In this document: positions 52,940 to 64,000 of the stretch, one piece after another | Position numbering within the stretch: position 1 is the first letter of the stretch | Layout of the letters: every line of letters begins with the position of its first letter | Origin: Stegostoma tigrinum | Lineage: Eukaryota | Assembly (NCBI RefSeq): GCF_030684315.1 | Contig: NC_081397.1 | Span: forward strand, 5,270,001 to 5,334,000 | Direction of reading: 5' to 3' | DNA length: 64,000 bases | The notes under the pieces: generated by a model | Databases searched by the model: none | What the model saw: only the letters and a program-made list of their open reading frames with translations | Told to the model about the DNA's origin: nothing | Made by a program: the position numbers and the translations under genes

Positions 52940-54360
52940 GAGGTAAGGGGATGGTCTTATGAAGAGAGATTGAGCAGTTTCAGCTTATAATCTATGGAGT
53001 TTAGAAGAATGAGAGGGGATCTAATTGAGGGATATAAGATGGGAATGAGAAGGAAAGAGAATGTTTGCTCATGTGGGTCAATCTGGAACAACAGGTCAAC
53101 ATTTCAGGAGAAGGTGTTGGGACAGATTGAAAACAGAGATAAGGAGGAATGGCTGCTCTCCAAGGGAGAGAGGGATGTGAATCTGGGGGATTTGCTGTGC
53201 TTTTTGTACACACTGCTGTTCCCTTGTGTGTGAGGGATGTTGGCAACTGAACAAATTGGAGGAAGAGACAGATATATTTTTAATCAATGATGGGTGAAAG
53301 GGAGTGGGGGCAGGAAACTGGATCTGAGGCCAAGATGGGGTCAGCGTGCCATATTGAATGGGGTCGCCGACACCCAAGAGGCTAAATGGTCTCCTCCTGC
53401 TAGCCCTTAAGTTGTATTGGTCATTCAGTTACCTGAGCGCATTTTAGCATGGGTGCTACATAGTATGTGGACAGAACACTCTTATTCTGAGGTTCAAAAG
53501 TGTGTGATCCCCTCCAGGTCACTCAGTAAGAGTGAATCTATGAAACATATAATAGCAGAGCAGCATTAGGCCATTTGGCCCATCGAGATTGCTTTGTCAT
53601 CAAATTATGGCTGATATGTATCTAAACCATACCCTCTTACCTTCTTCCCCTGGTAGTTGATCCCTTTACGAATCTCTTTTCCACAACCCTCTGTGGCAAT
53701 GAGTTCCACAGATTCATCACCCTCTGGCTGAGGAAATTCCTGCTCATCTCAGTTCGAAAAGGTCATCCCTTCACTCTGAGGCTGTGCCCCTCATGTCCTC
53801 GTCTCCATTCTGGCCTCTCAATATTCCCTAAGTTTCAATCAGATTATCCTCATCCTTTGAATCTCCATTGAGTACAGATACACAGTTCTCAACCACTCCT
53901 CATCAGACAAGTCCTTCATCTCTGGGATCTTGTAAATCTCCTCTGGATCCCCGTCTGGGGCCAGCAATCCTTCCTGAGATACAGGGCCCAAGGCTGCGCA
54001 CGGTATTCCAAGTACGGTTTGACCAGAGCCTTATACAACCTCAGCACTACGTCTCTGCTGTTGTATTCTAGCCGTCTTGAAATGAATGCTAGTGTTATGT
54101 TAACTTCCAAATGACCTTGCATGTTAAATTTAAGAGAGCCCTGAACTGGGACTCCATGTCTCTTTGTGCTTTAGATTTTCGAAACCTTCCCCATTTGGAA
54201 AACAGTCAATGCTTCCATTCCTACCCAAGCGCATAACCCCACACTTTCCCCCATTCTATTCCATTGCAATTTCTTTGCCCACTCTCCGAGCCTGCCCATG
54301 CCCTTCTGCAGCCTCTCTGCTTCCTCACCATTACCTGTCCCTCCACCAAACTTCCTGTCA
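52940..54360. mobile_element. CR1 fragments (plus 52940-53410; minus 53540-54360)
   Basis: EFRRMRGDLIEGYK and LRLYKALVKPYLEY motifs. Confidence 0.75.
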
Positions 54361-55830
54361 TCAAAGAAACAGCAAATGACAAAGCTCCCTATGAGAACGA
54401 TGCTGGACCCAGAGCGAATGGCCCCAGTGACTGAGGCCAGAAGGGGCCACTCTCAGATATTACGCTGTTGTATTGGGGTAGTAAACAGTGCCCAAACTTT
54501 ACGTGTCCCCTCAAAACAAGATGAACAATATCGCAGTTAGCCATCAGTGTCTGTTTCCCTCTTCCAATTCCCGTTACCCTGTTGTCAATTTAGTTGGCAT
54601 TGATGGAATTTGACAATGATTTTGGTGAATTGCAAACACTATCGTGATTAGTAAATTCAAATCACGTAAAAAGATTTGAGTAGCTTGGGCAGGTCTTTGT
54701 TCCAGGCTTTAAGCAAGAGGAAAGCAGTGATATTAAAAGTGGCTGGGTTTTCTGAGGGTCGAGATGAACCAGAGAAAATCTCCACTTTCACTGAGCCAGA
54801 AATGTCATCAAAATATATATAATGTATCCTTTACCAGTGATTCTTGGCTTTGGGATAGTGATGGCCGAGTACACCAAACCACCATCCAGCTTGCTATCAT
54901 CTATAATCAGAAACAATAAGCAAAGGGAATTGAAGGGTTAGAGAACAGAATTTTAAATGACAGCAAAGACCGCCTCCAGATTAAAGACAGAGAGATAATT
55001 AAGGTCAGAGAGCCAACCCGGCAGGAATATAAACCGAAGCTGTTGGCAATGTACAGACATTTCTCACAGCAGGTCACAGAGCAGGTGACTCAACAACGCT
55101 GAGTCTGAGAAATTGACAACGGAAATAACGAGATGTCCAATGAATTCCAGGGATATTTTGCGTCAACATTTGGTACAAAGTGTGCACCTACCATCCCAGA
55201 ACAAGCTAACAATAGGGAAATGGAAGGTACAGGCCTGGGAAGTTAAAGTATTTTATTCAATCATCTGGCATGGGCATTTCCGGCATTTATCACCCAGCCC
55301 GTCCACAATGGCCCCCTTGAGAAGGTGGTGGTGAGTTGCCTTATTGAACCTCTGCAGCCCACCTGCTGTTGGTAGCCTCTCAATGCCCTTCAGGAGGGAA
55401 TTCCAGAATTTTGACCAAGTAACACTGAAGCAGTGGCTGATCTATTCCCAAATCAAGATGGTGAGTGGCTCAGAGGGGAACTTGCAGGGGCCAATGGTCC
55501 CCATATATCTGCTGCCCCTCTAGATGTATATGGTTATGGGTCTGGAAAGTGCTGTCTGCAGTGCATCTTGTTGGAGGTACACACTGCTGCTACTGAGCGT
55601 TAGTGGTGGAGGGAGTGGTGGCTTGTGGATGTGGTGCCAATAAGCAGGGGCTGGCTCCTTTGTCCTTGGATGGTGTCAAGCTTCTCAAGTATTGTTGGAG
55701 CTGCACCCATCCAGGCAATTGGGGAGTATTCTTTCACACTCCTCACTTGTGACTGAGATACTTGGAATGGCTCAATCAGGGCAGCTTCTAACCATATCAC
55801 CTCCAAAGGTATGAAATCGTGAAATATCAA

Positions 55831-56055
55831 GGTCTAGAGCTGGATGAACACAGCAGGCCAAGCAGCATCAGAGGAGCAGGAAAACTGACATTTCAAGCTG
55901 AGACACCTCTTCAGATCCTTTTTTTTCTGAAGAAGAGTTGAGGCCCGAAACATTAGCTTTTCTGCTCCTCTGATGCTGCTTGGCCTGCTGTGTTCATCCA
56001 GCTCCTACACCTTTATCTCAGATTCTCCAGCATCTGCGGTACCTTCTATTTCATA
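55831..56055. mobile_element. Fold-back PLE stub (hairpin with a hammerhead remnant on each strand)
   Basis: Inverted tails around ttcagatccttttttttctgaa, with flanking aaatatcaa at 55822-55830 and 56056-56064. Confidence 0.75.
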
Positions 56056-56252
56056 AAATATCAATACTGTGTTACCTTCCTTCGGGGGACACCAGCGTCT
56101 CCCCTACAATTTACAAGTTGAGCCATATCCATCTCAAGCAACCTCCCTCAGACAAATGGAAAGCCTTTGTTTTTACACAGTTTAATAATATTTCTCTGGC
56201 TTTGCTCCATTGCTCTCAAATATTGAGGTTTGTGAACAAAATGAATGTTTAC

Positions 56253-56337
56253 CATCATGTGCCCCTGTGTTCTTTACTGAACAGTACTCTGCTCTAGCAC
56301 AGCTCATCAGTAAAGGGTCAATAGAAGAGTCAGAGAG
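56253..56337 (-). pseudogene. Candidate cytoplasmic exon of the Ig receptor (EYCSV motif)
   Basis: gataacag|CTCTCT...GATG|GTAAAC translates as LSDSSIDPLLMSCARAEYCSVKNTGAHD. The phase does not match the previous exon. Confidence 0.3.
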
Positions 56338-56449
56338 CTGTTATCAACAGCAAACAGTCAGTCAAGTGGCAAATAATATCTGTCCTTGATGAGTTTCCCC
56401 AAACATTTCTGTGATTCTTTTTAAATCTGATATTCATTGACTGAAGAAA

Positions 56450-58060
56450 GCTCATGGAATGCTGGCCTTTCTATCCAGAGGATTGGAGTACAAGGACACA
56501 GAGTTATGCTGCACTTGTACAACACCCTGGTTAGACCCCACTTGAAGCAGGTCTGGAGACCACACTTCAGGAAGGATAGATTGGCCTTGGAGGGAGAACA
56601 TTGCAGGTTTACAAGAATGATACCTGGACTTCAGGTTTTATGTCATATTTAGAAGGTTAAGGGGTGGCCTGATCAAAGATATTGTCAGGAAAAGACTGTG
56701 TGGTGAAATAGAAACTATTTCCACTGGCTGGGGTTTCTGGACCTATGAACAGCGTAGCCTGAGAATTAGGGCCAGACTGTTCAGGAAAGATGTCAGGAAG
56801 CTCTTCCACACACAAAGGGTGGGAGAGGTTTGGAACTCGCTCCCACAAACAACAGCAGATGCTGGATCGGTTGTTAATTTTCAATCTGAGAGAGAGAGAG
56901 AGAATTTTTTTGTTCAGCTAATCTATTTAGGGAATAAACGCTAAAGGCGGGTATATGACAGACCAGCCTCAAGGAAATGAATTACCTACTCCTGACTTCT
57001 TTTGTACGAATATTCAACATTCATAAATCAGGAAGAATCTGTAGTTACGAAGTGTCATTTTCATGCACTGGCGCAACCACAGATTGAAATACTTCCAGAT
57101 GTTTTATTTTCATGCACTCCAGATCCGCACCGCCCTATGGGACAAACAGTCCTCAAATCCCCTTCTACGCCTCTTACTTTTCACCTTAAAATGTTGCCCC
57201 CTCTTCCTTTGTCATTGACCCCCCCATCTGAGGGGAACAGCTGCTTCCTATCACCCCCCCTGCCCTTCCCATGTCCTTTGTAAGAGAGTCACTGAAACCG
57301 ACCTTCAATCCAACTTGTCCTTGCTGACCATGTTCCCAAACTAAACTAGTCACACCTGCCTGTGTTTGGCCCATATCCCTCCAAACCTTTCCAATTCATG
57401 TACTTTCCCAAATGTCTTTTAAATGCTGTCCTGTACCCACATCCACCACTTCCTCTGGAAGTCCATTACCTGCATGAACTGCTCTCGATGGAAAACAAAA
57501 ATTGTCCCTTATGTTTTTTGTTAATCTTTGTCCTCTCACTTTAAGAAGAACCCGAGTTTTAAACTGCCCCAACCTGGAGAAAAGGCACCTGCCATTCTCC
57601 TTATCCATACCCTTGATATTTTATGAACCTGGATCAGGTCACCCTTCAACCTCCTGTGCTGCGGTGAAATTAGTCCCAGCCTATGCCACCTCTCTCTTTA
57701 ACTAACCCCTTCCATTCCCACCAACATCCTGATACATCTTTTTCTGAACCCTCTCCAGATTAACAATATCCGTAGTGGAACATGACAACCAGAACAGGAC
57801 ACAGTACTCCAGAAGAGGCCTGAACAACATTGTGTACAACCACAACATGATGTCAGAACTCCTGTACACAATGTCTGAGCAATGATGGCAAGCGTGCTCA
57901 ATGCATTCCTCACCACCCTGTCAACCTGTGACTCTGTCTGCAATGAATTATGTACCTGAACCCATCAGTCTCTGTTCTACAAAACTACCCATTTTACACA
58001 TCTCTATCATTTCCGCCTTCCTCAACAACCTTCTCTGCCTGAAAGAAAACAACCCAAACT
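56450..58060. mobile_element. CR1 fragments (plus 56450-56990; minus 57110-58060)
   Basis: LYNTLVRPHL..FTRMIPGL and ESQVDRVVRNA motifs. Confidence 0.75.
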
Positions 58061-58184
58061 CTCTCCATCACATACAGAAAGAAGATTTGTTTCTGTCAGT
58101 CTTCCCAATTGGATAAATACCAGTGCAAACAATGACTAATACATGATATTGTAGTATTGGTAGTTCACAGATTCACACTCTCAC

Positions 58185-58276
58185 CATTCAGTTGACTTCG
58201 CCCAATCTCTGCATAATCGAAGTTTCTTGTGCATCTGTCTTCACTCACATCCTCAGCTCAATTTCCCATCACCTCG
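58185..58276 (-). pseudogene. Cytoplasmic exon of the Ig receptor with a tyrosine motif (92 nt, phase 2 to 1)
   Basis: ttccttccaag|C GAG GTG...AAT G|GTGAGA translates as EVMGN*AEDVSEDRCTRNFDYAEIGRSQLN, with an in-frame TGA at 58258-58260. Confidence 0.5.
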
Positions 58277-58821
58277 CTTGGAAGGAAGTATTTTCAGATT
58301 GTTACCCAAGCAAGTCTCAATTCTCCTTGCGACAACAATTCACAATCTTCTCCCCCTTTGAGAGAAGCCGTTTGTTCTCACTTCTGCTTTTGATCTGCCA
58401 CACCACTTGCTCCTGAAGCAATGACTCTCTTGTTCTAGATTGCCTCACATGAAGAGACATCTCCTCTCCATCTATTTTTTTCAATTCTCCCCTTGAGCAT
58501 CTTCTATCCCTCAATTTAATCTCTTCTCATTCTTCTAAACTCCAGAGAAACTGCTCAATCTCTCTACTAAGGCAAACCAGTCATTTTTGGAAAGAATCGA
58601 GTGAATCTCCTTTGAACTGCCTCCAATACAACTACACCGCCCTCATGTAAAGAAACCAAAATTGTACCAGTCTCTCCTCACAAAGCTCACATTTCATTTT
58701 GTCATCAATCCAGTGAAACTGCTGTGAACTCTCTCCAATGCAACTGCTTTCCTCCTCATGTCAGTGGACCAAAGGACTAGACAGTACTCCGGATGCAGAA
58801 ATCCCAATGCCTTGTACATTT

Positions 58822-59415
58822 GAGAAGTCACACAACACCAGGTTAGAGTCGAATTAGTTTATTTAAAATCACAAGATTTTACCACACTGCCCCTTTGTCA
58901 GGTGAAGCGAAGGAGAGGCACATACACAGAATTTGTAGGAGTCTCAAATAATCAGTCTCTTTAGGTGATGAATAGTTTCAGAGCATTCAGACGATGTCAG
59001 CAGCTGAATAACAAGCAAAGGGATGAGCTAAAATCTGATAAAATGAGGCAGTGAGATAATTACGAGAACTTAAAAATATGATGGTGTTGCAAATAAATGA
59101 ATGGGATAACATGACAGGTGCAAGAGTCATATACCAAGGGTTTAACCAAAGTAATAAGTAAACTAAAACTGTATAAACTAATGGAGGTAGAGAGATCATA
59201 CTAATTTATCAAGCTGGTTTTGTCAGAACAGGACAGCGAACAACGTTTTACAATTACAGACCGGTGGGTGGGGTCACATGTAGCCTGCCATGAGCCCAAG
59301 ATCACGGTTGAGGCCGTCTTCATGGGTAGGGATCTTGGCTGGCAGTTTCTGCTGCGGTGATTCTGCATTGTTGTGTATCTCGAAGGCCACCTTGGAGGAT
59401 GCTTACCTGAAGATC
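58822..59415 (-). mobile_element. PLE 3' fragment of a third family (related tail at 59570-59650)
   Basis: Minus strand DLQVSILQGGLRDTQQCR..THEDGLNRDLG and a terminal repeat of the ..gtgattttaaataaact..aacctggtgttgtgtga type. Confidence 0.65.
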
Positions 59416-60094
59416 GGGGCGGGGGGGCGGTGTGTGTTGCTGAATTAATATTAGAAGTAATACTGTCAACACTTTTGATCACCTGCAGAGACTTATTATT
59501 CGACTCTCCACTCAATACCTTTAAATGATATTTTCATCTCTATGCCACAAATCCTGTATCTGCGTGCTTCTCCTAAAGCTTGTGTTTCCAAATAAATCTG
59601 TTGGGCGCTAACCCGGTGTCATGTGACCTTTGACATTGTCCACTCCAGTCGAACACCAGCACCTCCACTTCATTGTGCGGTTGAAGCAACACTTCCCTAC
59701 GTTTATACTCCATGCGTTTAGCAATAAATGACTTTCTTATTACTTGCCGGAGCAGCATGCTAGATTTCTGAGATTCATGCACAAGGACATTCAGATCCAT
59801 CTGCACGAATAAATTATTAATTTTCTCTCCCATTCAGATGGTAAGTTGCCTTTTTCAATTCTTCTAACTACAATGGATAACCCCATCATTGATGTGACTG
59901 AGCCACACATTTCAGTGTCAGATGGAAGGTGTCCTCAATTTGATCTGTTTTGCTTTCAATTTGCAAATGAGTCGGACACAATAGTATATTTGCCACCATG
60001 TAAAATTGTTGGGTATGCACCCCACAGCAATTTTCACCCCATTTGGACTGTTTTTGAAAGCTGTTACAAGCCGCTAAACACCTCACTAAATTAC

Positions 60095-60134
60095 CTCTGC
60101 TGCCGGGATCTGCTGGAAGAATCAGCTGGAAAAA
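60095..60134 (-). pseudogene. Small cytoplasmic exon of the Ig receptor (40 nt)
   Basis: ttttctctctctctcag|TTTTTCCAG...CAGAG|GTAATT. In phase 1 it reads FPADSSSRSRQQ and ends in phase 2. Confidence 0.5.
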
Positions 60135-61013
60135 CTGAGAGAGAGAGAAAACATGGGAATGTTTTACTGTAAATATTTGGCTTCACTTGTTTGCAAATAA
60201 ATTTGGTTTCCTCGACTGATGTGCAGGTAGCAATAATTCAAATTTTATCCTTTAGTTTACATCTGTGCTGACCAATCTTTCAAACACAACACATTACTTT
60301 GTCTGTCTTCCCTTGTAATTCCATCTGCTGCTCATTCAGCCTGCTCACACCCTCACAAAGTACATTCACTCGTGGCACATGGACATCACCGGCTGGGCCC
60401 AGCATTTATTTTCCCTGTCCCTACTTGACCCCTTGAGAAGGTCGAGGGAGCTGACTTCTTGAACCGCTGCAGTCTGTGTGCTGTGTGTAGATGCACGATG
60501 CCCTTAGGGAGGGAGTTCCAAGATTTACTGACCCAGAGACACTGAACAAATGACTGATATATTTTAAAGCCAGGATGGGGAGAGGGTCAGAGCAGGATTT
60601 GTAGCAGGTAGTGTTCCTGTGCATCTGCTGCACTTGGCCTTGTAGATGATAATGGCCATGAGATGGAAGGTGCTGTGTCCGCATCTCTGGTGAAGCTCTC
60701 CAGTGCATCTTATTGATGGTACACACTGCTGCTGCTGAATGTCAGTGATGGTGGGATTGGATGCTAGTGGATGTAGTGCCTGTGAGTATTTGTGGGTGAG
60801 TGTGAGAGAAAGCGAGATCTTGTCTGTGAGCAAGTGTGTGACAATAAGAGTGTGCCTCTCTCACACATATACACACTGACTTTCAATTATACTCCCACTT
60901 GCACACGTTCACTGTCACACACACCCTCAAATACAAATGAGCAATGTTACTTTGAAACCCACATTGAGCTGTGACTGGAGAACGATCACCGATTATCTGC
61001 CGGAGTGTCTCAC

Positions 61014-61140
61014 CCATCTTGTTTCCTGTTCTGGAGTTTGATGGGAAGCAATGCAAGGAGAGAAAGGATCAGAAACAGTTGGACAATGTGTGCTGCCATC
61101 TCAGCGCTGTGTGCCTGTGCTGGATTCAGAGAGGGATTTT
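61014..61140 (-). pseudogene. Transmembrane exon of the Ig receptor
   Basis: ttattgacag|AAAATCCC...GATGG|GTGAGA. In frame with the Ig exon it reads ENPSLNPAQAHSAEMAAHIVQLFLILSLLALLPIKLQNRKQD (hydrophobic helix plus basic stop-transfer). Confidence 0.65.
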
Positions 61141-62287
61141 CTGTCAATAACATCAATCATTCACCAAATGCCAACACCAGTGTTCCCTGTTGCCCTGAAC
61201 CCCCGCCCCCCCCCCGCCCCCCCACCCCAGCACACATCCATTTGTAGTGAAACTCTCGTGTCTGTAAAATTCCCCTCAAAACCCTCACCATCGCAGTGAC
61301 ATCATTGTTTCTGTGCATCCTGTCTCATTCATAAAATCCCTCCAATCCAACTCAGACTATTTGGTGCAAAATGCAAAAGATCATTCTGCACTAGTCTCCC
61401 TAAATTGTCGATTAGACATTGTTGTCCCTCATTTTTCCTACCACTATATGTCAAGCTCTCAGTGGCAACTGGGTCATTCAGAGAGAAACATCAAAAATAG
61501 CTTCGGGAGTCGGCCAGTCAGCCTTCCAGCCTGCTGTGCCCATTCCATAGGATCTTAGCTGATCATCCAACTCAGCCTCCCATCCCCCTGCCTTGTCTCC
61601 CTTTAGCCCCGAAAAACTCTATCCCACTCCTTCCTGCACAACATTTCATGTTCTGGCCCCAACCACTTTCTGAGGCAGCCTGTTCACAGGCTTCCCGCTC
61701 TCTGGGTAAAGACGTTTCTCCTCATCTCAGTCCTGCCCCATCTCAATTAGACTGTGACTCCCTGTTTGCAGACTCCCAGTTATTGGGAACAGCATTCCTG
61801 TCAGTTCGGTTCGGATTTCATAGGTTGCTATGAGATCTCCCCGCTTCAGTGATCCAGCCTCCCTTCATCCATTAGTCCTACAATCCCAGGAATCAGGCTG
61901 GGAAACCCTCACTGCACAATTTCCGTAATGAGAACATTCTTCCTCAGAGAAGGAGACCCCAAACTGCACATACAATACTGCATGGTGTGCTGTGTAATTG
62001 CAGCAAGATGACCCTGACATCCCTGTTCCTGAACTTTAATCCTCTCCCTTATCTGATGAAGGACGTTTCTCACTCTCTCCACAGATGCTGCGAGACACAG
62101 TGAGTTCTTTTCCAGCATTTTCTGTATTTATAACCAGTAACATTAACTCTGTTACTGTCTCTCTGTCTCCACAGATTGATGCCAGAGCAGATGAGTTTCT
62201 GCAGCCATTTTTCCAAGGGTTCAAGTCAAGTCTTCAGGTAGAGCCCAGTGAAGAATGAGCACAGATCAGTGATGCAGAACGTGTTAC

Positions 62288-62590
62288 CTGGCACCATGAG
62301 GTTGATGGAATTACTGGTCACATTAAATATCATTCCACCAGGATCCCTGTTGATCACGACACACTGGTATCGACCTTGGAGATGGGCCTGGAAGGATTCA
62401 ATTGCCAGCTCTCTCCTGTCCAAGCTAAATTTGTAATTCTCACTGGCATTGTTTCAGGCTTTCTGTTGGAAGTACCACTGAAAGTAGGGTCCTGTGCCTT
62501 GGCTTAACACACACTGTAGAAGAAGACGACTCCCAATTGGAGCCTCCGTTTTATTGGCTCGGGGAATGAGGAAAATCCCGGCAACGGGAA
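62288..62590 (-). pseudogene. C2-type immunoglobulin-domain exon (FCRL/PECAM-like), one in-frame stop
   Basis: 303 nt, phase 1-1, ttttgttcgag|...CCAG|GTAACA. Reads PVAGIFLIP..GSRLLLQCVLSQGTGPYFQWYFQQKA*NNASENY..ELAIESFQAHLQGRYQCVV, with Cys, Trp and GxYxC landmarks. TGA at 62454-62456. Confidence 0.8.
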
Positions 62591-62789
62591 CTCGAACAAA
62601 ACAAAGTCAAATAAGGAATAAATGATCAGGTGCTGAATTTGTCTATTTTGTTTTACAGATGTCATCTTCAGTGACAGTATAATAATGGATGGAAAGGAGA
62701 AATAAATCGAACAAGATTTTACATTTTTGCCAAGGTGAACAGTCTCAGGCTGTTGTAAAATCTACACTTTGAAAGATTTGTCTCAACTA

Positions 62790-63222
62790 TGGATAGCCAA
62801 ATGGTATATCATCCAACTGCACCCCCTGAAGAGTCAGTGATGTTCCTGTCATTATTTGCCTCCCCAGTCTCCACACTATCAACATCCAGGGGGTTACTGT
62901 CATGAGAGAATCTCACCAGCACCCCCTTAATGTTCAATGGCATTAACATCACTGAATTCCCCCAGTATCAACATACTGGGGATTACCTTTGAGAGAGAAC
63001 CTAACCATTGCCCCTTGAAATTTGATGATATAACCATCACTGAGTCCCCTATTATTAATATCCTGGGGGTTACAATTTACCAGAAATTGCACTGGGCTCA
63101 CCATATCAAAATAGTTACTACAAGACAGGTCAGAGGCTGGGAATTCTGGTACAAATAACTCACCTCTGGACTCCCCAAAACTTGTTCATCATCAACAAGG
63201 TGCAAATCAAGAGTGTGATGGA
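62790..63222 (+). mobile_element. CR1/L2-group LINE fragment with internal ~88-bp triplication
   Basis: tatcaacatcc.ggggttac-like unit at ~62877, ~62966 and ~63053; SPIINILGVTIYQKLHW. Confidence 0.7.
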
Positions 63223-64000
63223 GAGAGATTGGAGAGATCAGGGTTGTTATCTTTAGAGCAGAGGAGATTGAGAGGCTGGACATGAAAGGGATGTATCAAA
63301 TGATGAGGGACCATAGATTGGGTAAGCAGGAAGAAACTTTTCCTCCTTGATGGAGGGACCAATGAGGGAAAACCAGCCCAGTTCGTCCCCTCCCCCCACT
63401 GCACCACACAACCAGCCCAGCTCTTCCCCTCCACCCACTGCATCCCAAAACCTGTCCAACTTGTTTCTGCCTCCCTAACCTGTTCTTGCTCTCACCCATC
63501 CCTTCCTCCCACCCCAAGCCGTACCTCCATCTCCTACCTACGAACCTCATCCCACCTCCTTGACCTGTCCGTCTTCCCTGGACTGACCTATCCCCTCCCT
63601 ACCTCCCCAGCTATACTCTCCTCTCCACCTATCTTCTTTTCTCTCCATCTTCAGTTCGCCTCCCGCTCTCTCCCTATTTATTCCAGAACCCTCACCCCAT
63701 CTCCCTCTCTGATGAAGGGTCTAGGCCCAAAACGTCAGCTTGAGTGCTCCTGAGATGCTGCTGGGCCTGCTGTGTTCATCCAGCCTCACATTCTATTAGC
63801 CTCTGGATGGAAGTGTTTTCCCTCATTGGTCCCTCCATCAAGGAGGAAATGTTTCTTCCTGCCTACACAATCTCTGGTCCCTCATCATTTGATACATCCC
63901 TTTCATGTCCAGCCTCTCAATCGCCTCTGCTCTAAAAATAACAACCCTGATCTCTCCAATCTCTCTCCATCACTGACACTCTCCAGCGTCTAAGGCAACA
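63215..64000. repeat. Rearranged copy of 49498-50128 (PLE tail plus CR1 flank)
   Basis: 63370-64000 is the reverse complement of 49498-50128. 63215-63373 is a direct copy of 49525-49683. Confidence 0.92.

Noticed and set aside
54360-54465. Second hydrophobic TM-like stretch on the minus strand
   Set aside because: It has an in-frame stop and no clear donor, and it lies downstream of the receptor's cytoplasmic exons.
59407-59482. Extra exon of the Ig receptor ending in CAG|GTAAGC
   Set aside because: The donor lies in PLE coding sequence and the phase is incompatible with neighbouring exons.
61011-61099. Stand-alone 29-aa signal-peptide ORF (MAAHIVQLFLILSLLALL..)
   Set aside because: Better explained as the TM exon in frame with the upstream Ig exon.
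62530-62560. CCAAT/ATTGG promoter-like cluster
   Set aside because: Falls inside the Ig-domain exon.

Overview
Eukaryotic, repeat-rich DNA, most likely from a cartilaginous fish (shark). This is inferred from HE1/V-SINEs, CR1 LINEs and the histone sequences, not from a database search. The window holds a partly decayed replication-dependent histone cluster. There is an intact H1 (7.6-8.2 kb, -) and, at 31-38.5 kb, H2B(+), H2A(+), H3(-, middle masked by Ns), an H4 pseudogene(-) and an H1 3' stub(-), all with 3' stem-loops. Interleaved with the histone genes is an unexplained repeated transcription-unit-like module. It consists of a ~400-bp GC-rich NRF1/YY1-type promoter plus exon 1 (three near-identical copies) and an 82-83-nt exon 2 (four copies), with no conserved ORF, and it runs into degenerate ~48-bp tandem arrays. 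Two copies form a large inverted duplication around H1. The right end carries the 3' half of an Ig-superfamily (FCRL/PECAM-like) receptor pseudogene on the minus strand that the ORF track mostly misses. The rest is Penelope-like elements (PLEs) with minimal hammerhead ribozymes, CR1/L2 LINE fragments and SINEs. The PLEs include a 321-bp tandem array, fold-back insertions with clear TSDs and an apparent local 3' transduction. Alignments were done by eye, so repeat boundaries are approximate.
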